Shown: piece by piece, positions 25,919-37,400 of the stretch
Layout: each line of letters begins with the position of its first letter
How positions within the stretch are numbered: position 1 is the stretch's first letter
IMG/VR virus record: IMGVR_UViG_3300027763_000081
Location: 1-50,780 of that record
Source of the DNA: a virus
Taxonomy: Duplodnaviria > Caudoviricetes
Length of the DNA stretch: 50,780 bases
Strand: one strand, 5' to 3'
Translations under genes and position numbers: made by a program
Notes under the pieces: generated by a model
The model's database searches: none
What the model was told of the DNA's origin: nothing
What the model saw: the letters and a program-made list of their open reading frames with translations, nothing else

Positions 25919-28627
25919 ATGCAGGACATCACCTGGCCCCTCCCCCTCAGTGCTGCCTCCCAGAGCAAAGACGTCTGGAAGGGCGGCGCTGTCACCAGCC
26001 CCATCTGGGAGTTAGTGGGGGTCGACGGCACAAACCAGGGCGCGTCCGTCCCGTATCCGGGGTTCCGCGAGGCGTGGGTGTTTCGGTACGAGAACCTTGC
26101 TGGCTCCGACTTCCCCGGCAACAGCAACACCAACCCGTATGCCACGAATCCGCATCAGGCAATCGTGCTGGATTTCTGGACGTTCACGGCGCGCATCGGC
26201 TCAAGCAAGTACTGCTACGGCGTGGTGTACTTGGCTCAGCGGCCAGGATCAACGACGCGCGACCTCATCATTGAGGGCTACCGCACCGATACGTCCGCGT
26301 ACTTCCAGCGCGTACTCGTTGAGAACAGCGCTTTGTTGGGTGTGTCAACCGGCGACTACGCAATCAATGTGGCGCCAACCTCTCGTGTTGTGTACGTCTT
26401 TGTTCGCGGCATGTCGCCCAAGGCAATCAGCTGGACTGACAGCGTCACCGCGCTGAACATCGTGTCCGCAGGCCCCGGCTCCAAACCCCTTGGTTCGTGG
26501 GTTTCCGCAAACACCACTGGCTCATACCAGCCTACTACAACGCTTCTTCCGGATCCTTCTGGTGGGACTGTTGGATCGTTTGTTGTGTACGGCAGCACCA
26601 CAAACCCGTACATCGCAAACTACTGGTCGGACACGTCTGCCCGGTGGACAACGGCAACGTCTCAGAAGGCTGGCGATTACTCGTTTGCCGTGCAGTTTGA
26701 GGACTCGAATACGGGTCGCCGTTCGCAGTTGAGCGACAACGTGGCCGTGACGTTTACTGGCGTCAACCGCACGTTCACTGTTGTTGGCATTGTCGACACG
26801 GCCAAGTACGACACGGTCAAGATCTGGCGCAGCGTTCGTACGACGAATGCGGCGGGCATCTTCACGACCGGCATCCTGCAGCTCGAGGCCACGTTCCTTG
26901 CATCGGCGTATGAGATTACAACGACTGGACCCACCTGGAGTCCTGCGCTTGCGGCTACCGTGAAGAAGTGGGCGTATGCGGTTCAGAAGGACGACCGTCA
27001 GTTGGTAATGCAGGACACGTTTCAGGACAAGCCTGCGTTCCTTGACAGCGTTCCGTATGGCGGTGCGGCCGCTGCGTTCCAGAGCCAGTTGTATGTGTCG
27101 AACATCCAGGGGCAGGCTGCTGGCACCGACGACCAGATGAAGTCGGTGGGTGAGATCCGTTGGTCAAGCGCGGCGGATGGGTCGTACGAGTTGTTTGCCC
27201 CAAAGGGTCGATGGACGCCGGATCTGTTTGGCGACACGCCGATTGCGTTCCAGCAGGCCGGCCAGATGTTGGCCGGGTTCTCGGGGAACCAGGTCTACTT
27301 CATCATGCGCGACGGCGCGTTTGTGCGCGTGATGGCGGCTCACTCTGGATACGGCGTTGTTGGTCCATATGCGGCGTCGAGCATTGGCCCGATGATCTAC
27401 TACGTGACCCACCAGGGAGTGCGCGTCCTGTATCCGGACGGGCGGCTGGATGAAGTCGGCGCGATGGACTGGCTGATTTCGCAGGACTGGGCGGATGACC
27501 TTGAGCGGATGTCTCTGGCGTTTGATCCGCGCACCACGGCCCTGTACTTCCTGAACCCCGTGAAGGGCAAGGCTGCGTGCCTGTGGTTTGCCAGCGGCAC
27601 CGTCAGCGAGCTGCACCAGTTGCCGTTTACCAAGTGCGCCCGCGCGCTTTATCCTCGCTCGGTTGGTGGGGCCCTTGAGGACACGGCCCTGTTTCTCCTG
27701 TCGCCAACGGACATTGAGCACAGTGCCAGTACTACTGGCTTCCGCGCACGTTTGATGCTCCCCGCCAAGACGGGCCTTGACCGGGCCCGTACGCCCAGCG
27801 GAAGCAACTTGTTTGAAGGTGTTCACTACGGTCTCATTGACGGGAACTGTGACCGGTGTGTTTCTGCCACGCTTACTGACAACACAGGATCAATTCCAAA
27901 GTCCGTAGTTGTTTCATGGAATGCACGTACGTACGGCTGGACCCCCGATTGGACAATTATTGGCGCGTATCTGAAGATTGTTGGTGATACGGTCTCCCGG
28001 TCAACTTCTTACGCAGATGCCCTGTACTACCAGTACACGTTCAAGATCATTTCCTTGGCAACTGCTTCTGGTGGCAAGGTAAGAGTTGTTGCCGTCTTGG
28101 CTGCCGATGAGGTGACTCCAGACATAGATTCTGGGAGCGAGCTATTCCCGACTCCAATTGATGTGCTTGTAGCCATCAATCCGGTGGTGATGAAGGTCCA
28201 GACGGCTATCCTTCCTGGTGGGCAGGATGCAACCGGGTTCATGCTGTCCCGCCAGGTGTCGTCCATGGGTGCCATGTTCAGTGGGTACGAGTACTCCAAC
28301 GCCGTGGATTCGGCTACTGGGTACAACCAGTTCTCGAGGTGGTTTGCAAACCTGTACAAGGGGGAGGGTGACACGGCGTACCTGAAGGGGTACTCGTACA
28401 ACCCATCGACCAATGACACGTACAAGACCATCGTTGATGGGCAGACGCCGGTCCACGCGGCGTGGAACCAGACGAAGACGACTGGAACCGCGTCGTCGAT
28501 GGCAATAGGTCCGCAGTGGAGCGTTGAATTTGTGGCGTTTGTGGTTGGCCAGACGTTTAGGCTCCTTGCTTTGAACGTGAAGGGCCGTATCCTTGACAGC
28601 GAGAGGAGCAAGAATTCTTATGCCTAA
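25919..28627 (+). CDS. Tail hub / nozzle protein (P22 gp10 / T7 gp12-like)
   Basis: 902 aa, beta-propeller-like segments (EIRWSS, YGVVGPYA, IYYVTHQGV, LAFDPRT). Confidence 0.7.
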   Translation: MQDITWPLPLSAASQSKDVWKGGAVTSPIWELVGVDGTNQGASVPYPGFREAWVFRYENLAGSDFPGNSNTNPYATNPHQAIVLDFWTFTARIGSSKYCYGVVYLAQRPGSTTRDLIIEGYRTDTSAYFQRVLVENSALLGVSTGDYAINVAPTSRVVYVFVRGMSPKAISWTDSVTALNIVSAGPGSKPLGSWVSANTTGSYQPTTTLLPDPSGGTVGSFVVYGSTTNPYIANYWSDTSARWTTATSQKAGDYSFAVQFEDSNTGRRSQLSDNVAVTFTGVNRTFTVVGIVDTAKYDTVKIWRSVRTTNAAGIFTTGILQLEATFLASAYEITTTGPTWSPALAATVKKWAYAVQKDDRQLVMQDTFQDKPAFLDSVPYGGAAAAFQSQLYVSNIQGQAAGTDDQMKSVGEIRWSSAADGSYELFAPKGRWTPDLFGDTPIAFQQAGQMLAGFSGNQVYFIMRDGAFVRVMAAHSGYGVVGPYAASSIGPMIYYVTHQGVRVLYPDGRLDEVGAMDWLISQDWADDLERMSLAFDPRTTALYFLNPVKGKAACLWFASGTVSELHQLPFTKCARALYPRSVGGALEDTALFLLSPTDIEHSASTTGFRARLMLPAKTGLDRARTPSGSNLFEGVHYGLIDGNCDRCVSATLTDNTGSIPKSVVVSWNARTYGWTPDWTIIGAYLKIVGDTVSRSTSYADALYYQYTFKIISLATASGGKVRVVAVLAADEVTPDIDSGSELFPTPIDVLVAINPVVMKVQTAILPGGQDATGFMLSRQVSSMGAMFSGYEYSNAVDSATGYNQFSRWFANLYKGEGDTAYLKGYSYNPSTNDTYKTIVDGQTPVHAAWNQTKTTGTASSMAIGPQWSVEFVAFVVGQTFRLLALNVKGRILDSERSKNSYA

Positions 28628-30008
28628 CACCGGTCCTAACAACCCAAACGGATTTGATGCAAGATTTGGCAAGGGATCTACGCCCAGCTGGTTCCGTCCG
28701 AATACCACCAATCGGATGCCGAACAACCAGTTTGCTCCATCTTCCATGTATGCGCGTCCTGTGCAGCCCCCACCGGCTGGCAATCAGTACGACCGCTCTG
28801 TTGCGCGTCTTGGCGGCAATGCTCCGGTGTCGCAGAACTTTGGTCAGGGATTCCGCGCTGGCGATCAGCAGTATGGCAATCAGTCTGGGCAACAGGGTGC
28901 TATGCAGCCCCGTAACCCGATGAGCCGTCCGTCATCCGTGTTTGGTGCAGGGCGGGCTCCCGAGCGCGGCGTGATCTCGGGCGATCTTGTTTCAGAAGCG
29001 CACATGCGCGACTACGAGAACCTTGCCCGCGCCCGCGAAGAGCAGCGCCAGACCATGGAAAACTACATGCAGGGTTTGCGTGGCATGGACACGCTTGGCA
29101 CAATGAGCATGGGACAGGCGCAGCTTGGTGCGCAGCAGGCAAACCAAATGGGCCAGCAGGGTCTTGATGCGCTTGTCAACCAGGGCAAGGATGCGGACAA
29201 GGTCTATAAGCAGACGCGCGCTGATGCCAGCCGTTCGGTGAGACTTGCAAAGGGTGAGATGCAGAAGGGCATCGACACCATGCAGGGCGCCATCAAGGAC
29301 CACGACTTCTTCCGCAAGGACACCGTCTCTGGTGGGGTCAATGCCATTCAAGGCCAGTTCCAGTCGGCTCGTGAGCAGATCAACTCCAACCCCAACCTGA
29401 GCCCCGAGGACAAGCAGGCCGAACTTCGAAACCTCGACAACACGATGCGCCAGCAGACATCGGCGTATGCGTCGCAGGCTGATTCACAGGCTGCTGACTC
29501 GCTGCTGCAGGCAAAGAACGCACTGAGCGGAATGCAGTTGAACATGGGCTCCACGCTTGGTGGGCTCTCCATGCAGGGTGCTGGTCTGTCGTCAAGCGCA
29601 GGAATGCAGGCTGCCGGCATGAACCAGCAGTCGCTGCAGGCTGGATACCAGTTGGCTTCCGCGCAGAGCCAGTACGCCAACAGTCTGATCCAGAGTTCGA
29701 TTGCGCAGGCAATGGATGCCCGGCTTAAGGGCAACATGGCTGGTGCTCAGTTGGCGCAGATGCGTCCGCTTGGTGCGCCAAACCTTGTTGACAGCATTGT
29801 TGGATCCATGCTTGCGCAGGGCATGAAGCCCGGAGACCGCGTGACCGGCCAGTTTGCTGGCCGTACCGGCGAGGTCATGGGTGCAAACAGATTCCGCGGA
29901 TTTGAAGACCAGCGACAAGTGGCATCCAACCGCACTGGCAATCGTCCGTTCAGCGGTTTCTTGAGCGGTCAGGCAGTCAGCAGTTTCCGCGGTCCCGCAT
30001 TCGGATAA
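28620..30008 (+). CDS. Putative DNA ejection / internal virion protein
   Basis: Q/G/A/M-rich helical protein directly after the hub; ATG 28620. Confidence 0.65.
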   Translation: MPNTGPNNPNGFDARFGKGSTPSWFRPNTTNRMPNNQFAPSSMYARPVQPPPAGNQYDRSVARLGGNAPVSQNFGQGFRAGDQQYGNQSGQQGAMQPRNPMSRPSSVFGAGRAPERGVISGDLVSEAHMRDYENLARAREEQRQTMENYMQGLRGMDTLGTMSMGQAQLGAQQANQMGQQGLDALVNQGKDADKVYKQTRADASRSVRLAKGEMQKGIDTMQGAIKDHDFFRKDTVSGGVNAIQGQFQSAREQINSNPNLSPEDKQAELRNLDNTMRQQTSAYASQADSQAADSLLQAKNALSGMQLNMGSTLGGLSMQGAGLSSSAGMQAAGMNQQSLQAGYQLASAQSQYANSLIQSSIAQAMDARLKGNMAGAQLAQMRPLGAPNLVDSIVGSMLAQGMKPGDRVTGQFAGRTGEVMGANRFRGFEDQRQVASNRTGNRPFSGFLSGQAVSSFRGPAFG

Positions 30009-30017
30009 GGAACAACC

Positions 30018-31676
30018 ATGGCAGACGGATACGAACCCACCAGTGCAGTAACGCAGCAGGGCGCAGCGCTTTCTGCGCAGTACGGCAACCCGAATGGCCA
30101 GGGAATCAATTGGGCCCAGATGCAGCAGCAGGGCGAACTTGCTCGCCGTGGTCAACAGATTGACCGCGAACATATGCAGCAGCAGGCCAACCAGTTCCAG
30201 CAGGGAACCCAGCTGCAGCGCGAAGGCATTCAGTTTGAGCGCGAGAAGCTTGCCAAGTTGACCAAGGCACAGGCTGATGCACAGGAACACGACATTCGCC
30301 TGGAGGATGTGAAACAGCAGCATCAAATGGAGAACACCAACCGGCGTCTCCAAATTGAAACCGAATTGCAGGCTGCCGAGTTGGAGATGGCAAAGGCTCA
30401 CGGTGCTGATCGCGAGGCAAAGGCCGCTCGCGTTGCATCACTGCGCGAACAGCGCAATGACATCACCGGCAAGGCTGCTGTTTACGACGCGTACTCGCGG
30501 CTTGGACGCGAAGGTCTTTTGGAAGCAAGCAAGCGAGTCAAGGACACGCACAATGCTCTTAAAGAACAAAAGAAGGCCTCTGCTGAACTTGGCAAGTCTG
30601 CTGCCGGCATTGCCTCTCGTGGAATCCATGAGGACATGTACGCAGCAAATACTTCTGAACGAGACACGCTTAAAAACATCCTTGGTCGCAATGGTTATGA
30701 CGTTGCTCGCTTTGAAGGCGATTTTGGCTATAACTTTGTCAGCCCAACTGATCTTGGTTTGAATGGCATAAATGCTCAAGGCGGAACTGATGAGCTTGAT
30801 GACATTCTTGGTTCAGCTCAACTCCTTGCTCGACATGCTGGTTCGCTTGTTGGCTTTGGCGATGTTGGTGCTGACCGACTAATAAAGATTGACGATGCCA
30901 AGATCAATCAGTTTGCAAGCAGCGTGCTTTCAAAGCGTGTGGCCGATGGAATTGCGCAGGCAACCGGAGGCAAGATTGCGGTTGATGATCTGAGGCAGGC
31001 AATTGAAGGGTTTGTAAAGACTCCCGGATCGACTGATCCAAACAAGGATCTTGTTGGTCCGCAAGGTCCAAACGATCCTATGGATGCCATGCAGAAGTTG
31101 ACTTCTCTTGGCGTCCCACCCGATGTTGCAAAGTCTGCGCTCATGGAAGTGGCAAACAATCTGTCTGGCGCAAATTCCGAATTTGCGTTTCACAAGCAAA
31201 GCCTTCTTAAGAGTCTTGAAGGCGTTCCCATGGATTCACCGCGTGTTGTTGCAACGCAGGCTGCAATCAAGGCACTTGAACGCGTTCAAGAAGAAGCGCG
31301 AACCCTTGGAACCCACATTCAGGGCCTTGATGTTGATGGCCTGCAGAGCACGCTGTCTTACCTTGACAGGGTTTCAAGCGGCATTGAAGGCTATGACCCG
31401 AACGTCATTGCAGGAACCATCCCTGATGTTCCCGGCTCTGAACTTGACGATCAGCTTCGCTCCCTTGTCCGCGACCGCCGCCTGACGGATCTGAGCCAGT
31501 TTGGTCCTGATGCGTTCCGCAAGCTCGATGATCTCCTTGTGCCGCTGAAGCGCCGGGGTCTTGATCTTGACAATCAGTTGCAGCGCGAAGCCGCACTTGC
31601 AGAACAGCCGGCGCAAGGCACGTATGATGACCTGCTCAGGATCCTCAACAAGAGCTACCAGAAGATCCGCCAGTGA
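30018..31676 (+). CDS. Putative DNA ejection / internal virion protein
   Basis: Q-rich coiled-coil N-terminus, AAGGA RBS. Confidence 0.65.
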   Translation: MADGYEPTSAVTQQGAALSAQYGNPNGQGINWAQMQQQGELARRGQQIDREHMQQQANQFQQGTQLQREGIQFEREKLAKLTKAQADAQEHDIRLEDVKQQHQMENTNRRLQIETELQAAELEMAKAHGADREAKAARVASLREQRNDITGKAAVYDAYSRLGREGLLEASKRVKDTHNALKEQKKASAELGKSAAGIASRGIHEDMYAANTSERDTLKNILGRNGYDVARFEGDFGYNFVSPTDLGLNGINAQGGTDELDDILGSAQLLARHAGSLVGFGDVGADRLIKIDDAKINQFASSVLSKRVADGIAQATGGKIAVDDLRQAIEGFVKTPGSTDPNKDLVGPQGPNDPMDAMQKLTSLGVPPDVAKSALMEVANNLSGANSEFAFHKQSLLKSLEGVPMDSPRVVATQAAIKALERVQEEARTLGTHIQGLDVDGLQSTLSYLDRVSSGIEGYDPNVIAGTIPDVPGSELDDQLRSLVRDRRLTDLSQFGPDAFRKLDDLLVPLKRRGLDLDNQLQREAALAEQPAQGTYDDLLRILNKSYQKIRQ

Positions 31677-32020
31677 ATCTTTGGAAGGAAGCCGTCCGCG
31701 TTGCGTTTGACAGCATCCAGGTTGCTGGGCTGGCAATTGTGACTCCGCAGGCTGAAGATGCCCTTGAGTTTGCAGCCGAAGAGGGTCTCCTGTTCTACGA
31801 CTGCGGGACCCCCACCCGCCGGTGGGTTGCCGCGGATCCCCCTCAGAAAGCCGTCCGTGGCTGGCTGTGGGGATTGAGGCATGATCCGGTGTGGGCCAAG
31901 CGCGACCCGGCGTTCATGATTGTGAAGGACGGAAACACCTGGAACTGCACGGTCGGGGTACTTGTGCCGTCTGAAATGTCGTCTATCCTGAACCCATCTG
32001 ACACCGTGGAGTTTCACTAA
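31673..32020 (+). CDS. Hypothetical protein
   Basis: 115 aa, coupled to both neighbours. Confidence 0.7.
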   Translation: MNLWKEAVRVAFDSIQVAGLAIVTPQAEDALEFAAEEGLLFYDCGTPTRRWVAADPPQKAVRGWLWGLRHDPVWAKRDPAFMIVKDGNTWNCTVGVLVPSEMSSILNPSDTVEFH

Positions 32021-32616
32021 TGGCTGAACTAAACCCATATCCCGACATGACGTCGACCTACGACTCGACCGCCGAAGCGATGCGCAAGGTGCGCAAGGCT
32101 GCTGCTGGTGGGGCTGTTGAGAAAGTTGCCAAGAAGGGTGTCAAGAAGGTTGCAGAAAAAGCGGCAAGCAAAGCAGCGCAGGAAGCGGCTGGCGGAATTG
32201 GCGGCATGCTTGGCGGGATTCCCGGATGGCTTGCCGGTACTGTTGGTGCCGGCCTGATCTTTGAACTTCTGCCTCTTCTGACTCACGGTTCTACCGAAGA
32301 CCAGATGCGCGAGCAGATGCACATCCAGCAAAAGCTCGAAGCAGAACAGATGGGTGGCGCTGGTGTTGGCGGTGGCGCAATGGGCGGATACGCCGCGCAG
32401 GAACCGTCAATGTATGAGATGCAGCGTGGCCTGAAGGACAGCCAAACCGCACTTGAAATGGGAATTCTTGGTAGCAACGTGGAGCGCAATGCTCGACGCA
32501 GTCGCCATTCACCCGAACTAGAAGGCCTAATTGCGCAGGACATGGACCGCATCAGCGGAATCGGCGGACGCCGCGAGCTGACTCCTTACGAACTGCAGAA
32601 CATCCTCAATGGCTAA
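32020..32616 (+). CDS. Putative ejection protein with a Gly-rich hydrophobic segment
   Basis: GGIGGMLGGIPGWLAGTVGAGLIFELL. Confidence 0.65.
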   Translation: MAELNPYPDMTSTYDSTAEAMRKVRKAAAGGAVEKVAKKGVKKVAEKAASKAAQEAAGGIGGMLGGIPGWLAGTVGAGLIFELLPLLTHGSTEDQMREQMHIQQKLEAEQMGGAGVGGGAMGGYAAQEPSMYEMQRGLKDSQTALEMGILGSNVERNARRSRHSPELEGLIAQDMDRISGIGGRRELTPYELQNILNG

Positions 32617-33496
32617 AGCATCACCAGAACTCAGGGCAAGGATTCTGCAGGCACTCCTTGAGAGCCAGGCTGCTCGTCAAGGCAGTCGCGCAGATACTTC
32701 ACTTGGAGTTCCCCAATCTGGTGTTGCTGGTCCCCAGTATGACTTGAGGGCTCGGGCCAACATGCAGTTGATGGGTCTTGATCCGCGTACTGGCCGGCCG
32801 CCGGTTGTGGATTCAATGGATCTCAATCCGCAGAACGTGTCCAATCTTGGCCAGGAATCTGCGCGTGATGCTCGGCGCAAGCCCCGCCTTGTTAGTCTTG
32901 GCGTAAATCCGGAGACTGGCGAACGAAAGTACGTTGAACTGCCCGAGGACTATGCGGCTCGCAAGCGGTTCCGCAAGTTGCAACAGGAAGAACTTGCTCG
33001 TCCTAACAAGGAAAGGAAGTTGGCTGCTGGCCGCAAGGCCAATCGGGCCAAAAGCCTGGCCAACCTGCGGAACCCGCTCAAGGCTTTCAAGTACAGCCGA
33101 CGCCTGATGCCCGGCCAGTCCGAGACCCCGTTCATGACGGGTACCAAGAACGTTGGCAAGGGACTTGGTGCGGTTGCTGCCGGTGCTCTTATTGGCGGAT
33201 TGATGAAGATGGCGGGGGAGCGTCGCGATGCGCAGCAGCGCAGCGACGATGAACTTTCGCAAATGGCTCGGCGCGATGCCCTTGGCCTGATGGCCCAGCG
33301 AGACGTCAAGATGAGCATGCAGAAGGCTATCGACAACAACCTTTCCCAGTTGCAAATGCAAGCCCCTGACCTGTACATGCGGGTTGCGGCTGGACGGCTG
33401 CTGCCCCAGGGCGCGGTTGTAATTGGCGGAACACCTCGCCAAGATTTGTTGCAGCAGCTTGGAATGTCGATGTCAAACGGCGACTTTAACCAGTAA
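32609..33496 (+). CDS. Putative ejection protein with a Gly-rich hydrophobic segment
   Basis: GKGLGAVAAGALIGGL; basic centre. Confidence 0.65.
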   Translation: MAKASPELRARILQALLESQAARQGSRADTSLGVPQSGVAGPQYDLRARANMQLMGLDPRTGRPPVVDSMDLNPQNVSNLGQESARDARRKPRLVSLGVNPETGERKYVELPEDYAARKRFRKLQQEELARPNKERKLAAGRKANRAKSLANLRNPLKAFKYSRRLMPGQSETPFMTGTKNVGKGLGAVAAGALIGGLMKMAGERRDAQQRSDDELSQMARRDALGLMAQRDVKMSMQKAIDNNLSQLQMQAPDLYMRVAAGRLLPQGAVVIGGTPRQDLLQQLGMSMSNGDFNQ

Positions 33497-33521
33497 TATA
33501 AACACCCATTAGGAGACACCC

Positions 33522-33941
33522 ATGCCTGGCGAAAACGTTCTTCCCGCACAGTACTACCCCGACGACTTTCAGATTGTTTCGCACGTTGTTCACGATGCGT
33601 CCCTTGCTGATCTTGCGCTTGTCTATGCAGACCGCAACCTGATTCTTGATTCGGTTGTGCTTTGCTGCAGCGGCACTGCTGTTGGTGGCACTGCAACCAT
33701 TGAAATTGTCAAGGTTGCTTCTGGAACCATCCCGACCTCCACAAACATCCAGGCCGGAACTTCGATCAGTTCCACCCTGTCGATTGCCGCAAACTCTGCT
33801 GCAACCACCGGCACCATTATCAACACCACAAACTTCGTTGACATTGGCTCGTGGATCTGCATCAAGACCACCGCTGGTAGCGGCACCCTCAGCAACTTCC
33901 GCGGCACGGTCAACCTGCGTCTCCGCAGCCGTCCCAAGTAA
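33522..33941 (+). CDS. Putative capsid decoration / minor structural beta-sandwich protein 1
   Basis: AGGAG RBS, T/S/A-rich beta pattern, capsid-like codon bias. Confidence 0.6.
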   Translation: MPGENVLPAQYYPDDFQIVSHVVHDASLADLALVYADRNLILDSVVLCCSGTAVGGTATIEIVKVASGTIPTSTNIQAGTSISSTLSIAANSAATTGTIINTTNFVDIGSWICIKTTAGSGTLSNFRGTVNLRLRSRPK

Positions 33942-33977
33942 TCCCTTCTCCCTACACTTCTTCTCGAGGACACTCAC

Positions 33978-34427
33978 ATGGCACTCATTGCAAACACTGA
34001 CTTCCGTTCTACCGACATTACGACTTACATCCCGCTCAGCCCGCTGGCAGCTGGCATCACCATTCTTGCTGGCGCAACCAGTGGCATTCGCGTCTTCCAG
34101 GCGTCTGCTCCTTGCAAGATTCTTGCAATGAAGATTGTTTGCGGCAGCGGAACCGTTGGTGGTACTGCAACGTACACCGCCGCATACGACCCGCGTCCGA
34201 TTGATGGCACTGTTGTCCCGACCACGGTTCTCAACACCGTGCTTGCAACGACTTCTTCAGCACTGCCCGTTCTTAGCACGACTGTTGCTGTGCCGATTGA
34301 TGTTGCAACCACCGACAACCTGCCCCCGACGATTCCGGCTGGCTCATACGTTGGTTTCAACAACAACAGCGTTGCAACCAACCACAGCACGGTTTGCGGA
34401 GTGCTCCTCACCTACCGGTACATCTAA
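33978..34427 (+). CDS. Putative capsid decoration / minor structural beta-sandwich protein 2
   Basis: Shares the VGGTAT and (I)xxGS(W/Y)(I/V) motifs with the previous gene. Confidence 0.6.
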   Translation: MALIANTDFRSTDITTYIPLSPLAAGITILAGATSGIRVFQASAPCKILAMKIVCGSGTVGGTATYTAAYDPRPIDGTVVPTTVLNTVLATTSSALPVLSTTVAVPIDVATTDNLPPTIPAGSYVGFNNNSVATNHSTVCGVLLTYRYI

Positions 34428-34443
34428 TGAAGTGAGGTAACTG

Positions 34444-37400
34444 GTGTTTGATCCGATTCGGATCTACGACAAGCCAGCCGTCATCCTGACCCAACTTGGG
34501 AACGGGATCGCGACAACCGACAGCGTCCGCAGGACTCTTTTTGATCCTGCGGCGCTGTCGCCTCGTGAACGCGATACATACACTTCGGAATTGAAGAAGG
34601 CGTCCGGCGACAATCCCATTGTCAACACGGCGCTGGATGTGCTTGGCAACCCGCTGACCTGGCTTGCCTTTATTGCCGGTGGGGCCATGGCGTCCAAGCA
34701 CTTTGCCAAGAGTGGGCGGTTCTTCCTTGGCGGCATTGAAGCTGGTGGGTACGGTCAGTGGGCGCGTGGCAAGTGGCCGTTCCTGCGGAGCATTCGTGCG
34801 CTGAGTGCGGCGCAGGAGCTTCACGGCACTCCGCTCAACGCGTTGATGGAATCCATCCCTGGCGAGATGAAGGCGTACCACAACGAGTTTGGCAAGGAAG
34901 TGAGTGCTGGTGTCCGCAAGGTGCTGAACATCCTGAGCGAGAAGCACGGCACCAAGATCACAAGTCTTGACCCGGAGATGGCGCCAAGCGCTGCGGCCGA
35001 AGAAGATCTAAAGATCATCCGCATGGCCCTGAACGGTCGCCTTGCGGGGTTTGACAGGTCTGTTGATTACAAGGAAGTTGCTGGTGTTGTTCCGCTTCGG
35101 CACGAAGTCCTGACCAGGTGGAAAGACTCGGCTGGCAAGGAACACAAGGAATGGATCAGTGTCGGCAAGGAGCAGTTCGACAAGTTCGAGAAAGCTCATG
35201 CCGAAGACATGAACAATATCAAGATGACCATTGACGAGAATGGTGAACTTGGTTGGTCCGGCGATTTCATGACTCGTTCAACCGTTGAGTCCCAGAGCAT
35301 GGAAGCGCAGCGTGACGGTACGTTCCGCAGTTTCCAGCTTGTCGATCCCACCACCCGAGTGCGTGGTGACTCTGCGCTCCATTCTGGAATTGACATTGAG
35401 ATTGCTTCTCACACCCGCGGTGAAATGATTGGTGACATCGCACAGTTGAATCGCGACATCCGCGAGTTTGGCCTGGAGGATCTCATCAAGGGCGCAGATA
35501 AGATGCGCACCAAGATCAAGGTCAAGGTGTACGGCAACGAGGAGCACTACAACAGGACTGGCGAGTTCATCAAGGATGACAACAAGATCCTGCGAATCTC
35601 GCGCGGCGTCATCAATGATGCAGAGAAGCAGGGCCTGATCGGCAAAGACGGACGCTTGAACTACGATGAGGCAAACGTAGTCAACGAGATCCTTGGCGAA
35701 AACATTGCTGGCATGATTGTGGAGTACGGCAACAAGAACCCGGGTCGCGGCATGACTGCCAAGGACCTCGAGAAGCTGCTGGTCGATGCGCATGAGATCA
35801 TGCTGAACGACCCGTATTACCTGCCAAGAAACACCTCTGCGGTCTTCAACGACACCGGCACTTCACGCGTTGAAGTTGAGCCAAGTCCGTTCTCGCGGCC
35901 AGGCTCCTTTGTTGAAGGTCTTGGCCGAAAGATTGAACCGTCCAGCCGTACCAAGTTCCGTACGCGAAACCTGATTCCGCTGGATCCGCATGACCTTGAG
36001 TTCATGGCCGAGCGTTACGGACGGACCGAAGAGCTGAACAGCGCCATCACGTTCTCGAAGAAGAGCGTTGCCCGCCAGAAGAAGATGGACGTGCGCGGCA
36101 ACTACAAGGTTCACCGGATTGCGCCCGACATTGCGCTGCAGAAGTACATTGTTTCGAGCGCGCGCGATGCGGTGATGTTTGCCGACGACCCGCTTGCAAA
36201 CAAAAGCATCATTGCTGCGTTGAAGGACTTCAGCATCGGTCGCACCAACGTGCGGTACCCGGCCCCCACCGGTGAGAAGAAAGGTGCTGGTGCGTGGCGC
36301 AGCATCTGGGCTGCAGGCGAGGGCGAACGTCCCGCTGGTGGGTTCTCGCTGCATGACATTGTCGAGACGCAGATGAAGTCGCTCGAGGACCAGATGGGTG
36401 CGGATGCGTACCTTCCTAGTTCCCTGCGCCAGCACGTTCTGCCGGCGGTGTTTGGGTATCGGCCAGTCGAAGATGGAGCTTCGCGCGGAATGGCAATGTG
36501 GCTCAAGGGCCACACGCTTTCCCTGGCCAACAGCGATTTCTTCAAGGCAGTCGAGGCGCACGGCGGTGTGGCCGAGCGGTTTGTTCGCGGCATGCGTCGG
36601 TACGGAACATCTGCGCCCGGCAGTTCTACCGATCTTGGCGGAAGCGTTGCGTCGATGTTCTACGGTTCGACCATTGGCCTGAACCTCAACACCGCGCTGA
36701 CCAACTTGCTGCAGCCGCTGCATAACCTGCACCAACTGGGGTTCAAGAACACGGTCAAGGCGTATGCGCAGACCATTGAGCAGATGTACAAGTACGGGCA
36801 AGAGCGCGCGCGCCTAGGTCGCAATGCCAGCCCGGAACAGATTGAAGCGGCAATGGACGCAACCATGTCCCGCAAGCTTGCCGGTGGGGTCGACGTCAAG
36901 ATGCGCGAGATTGCAGATATCTCGAGCGCATGGGATGCAGTTGAGAAGCCTGGCTTTGGTGCGCAGTTGACGTCCAGCCGCGGTGGTGTGTTTGAGGCCG
37001 TAATGAAGCCATTCCAAATCACCGAAATGGTGAACCGCCTGGCAACCGGCAACGCGGTGCTCAACGCGGCGGAAGAAGGCTGGGCCATGGGTGGTCGCCA
37101 GAACATCTACGACCCGTTCCGTGCGCAGCAGGAAGCGCGCGCTGCAGTCGAGGGAATGCAGTTCGGCAGCAGTCCGTTGAACCGTCCGATCATGTTCTAC
37201 AAGGGGTTCCTGTCAAATCCTGCAATCAGGCAGTTCATGCAGTTCCCTGTGCGGTCGGCAGTCAACATCCTCACGATGCCGGATATTGTCGGTGGATCGC
37301 GCACGGTGCTTGGCCAGGAAATCACCCGCAAGGGTTGGCTTGGCACCAAGGGCATTGACACCATGCGCATGCTTGGCGTGTCCGCAATTGCCTATGAGGT

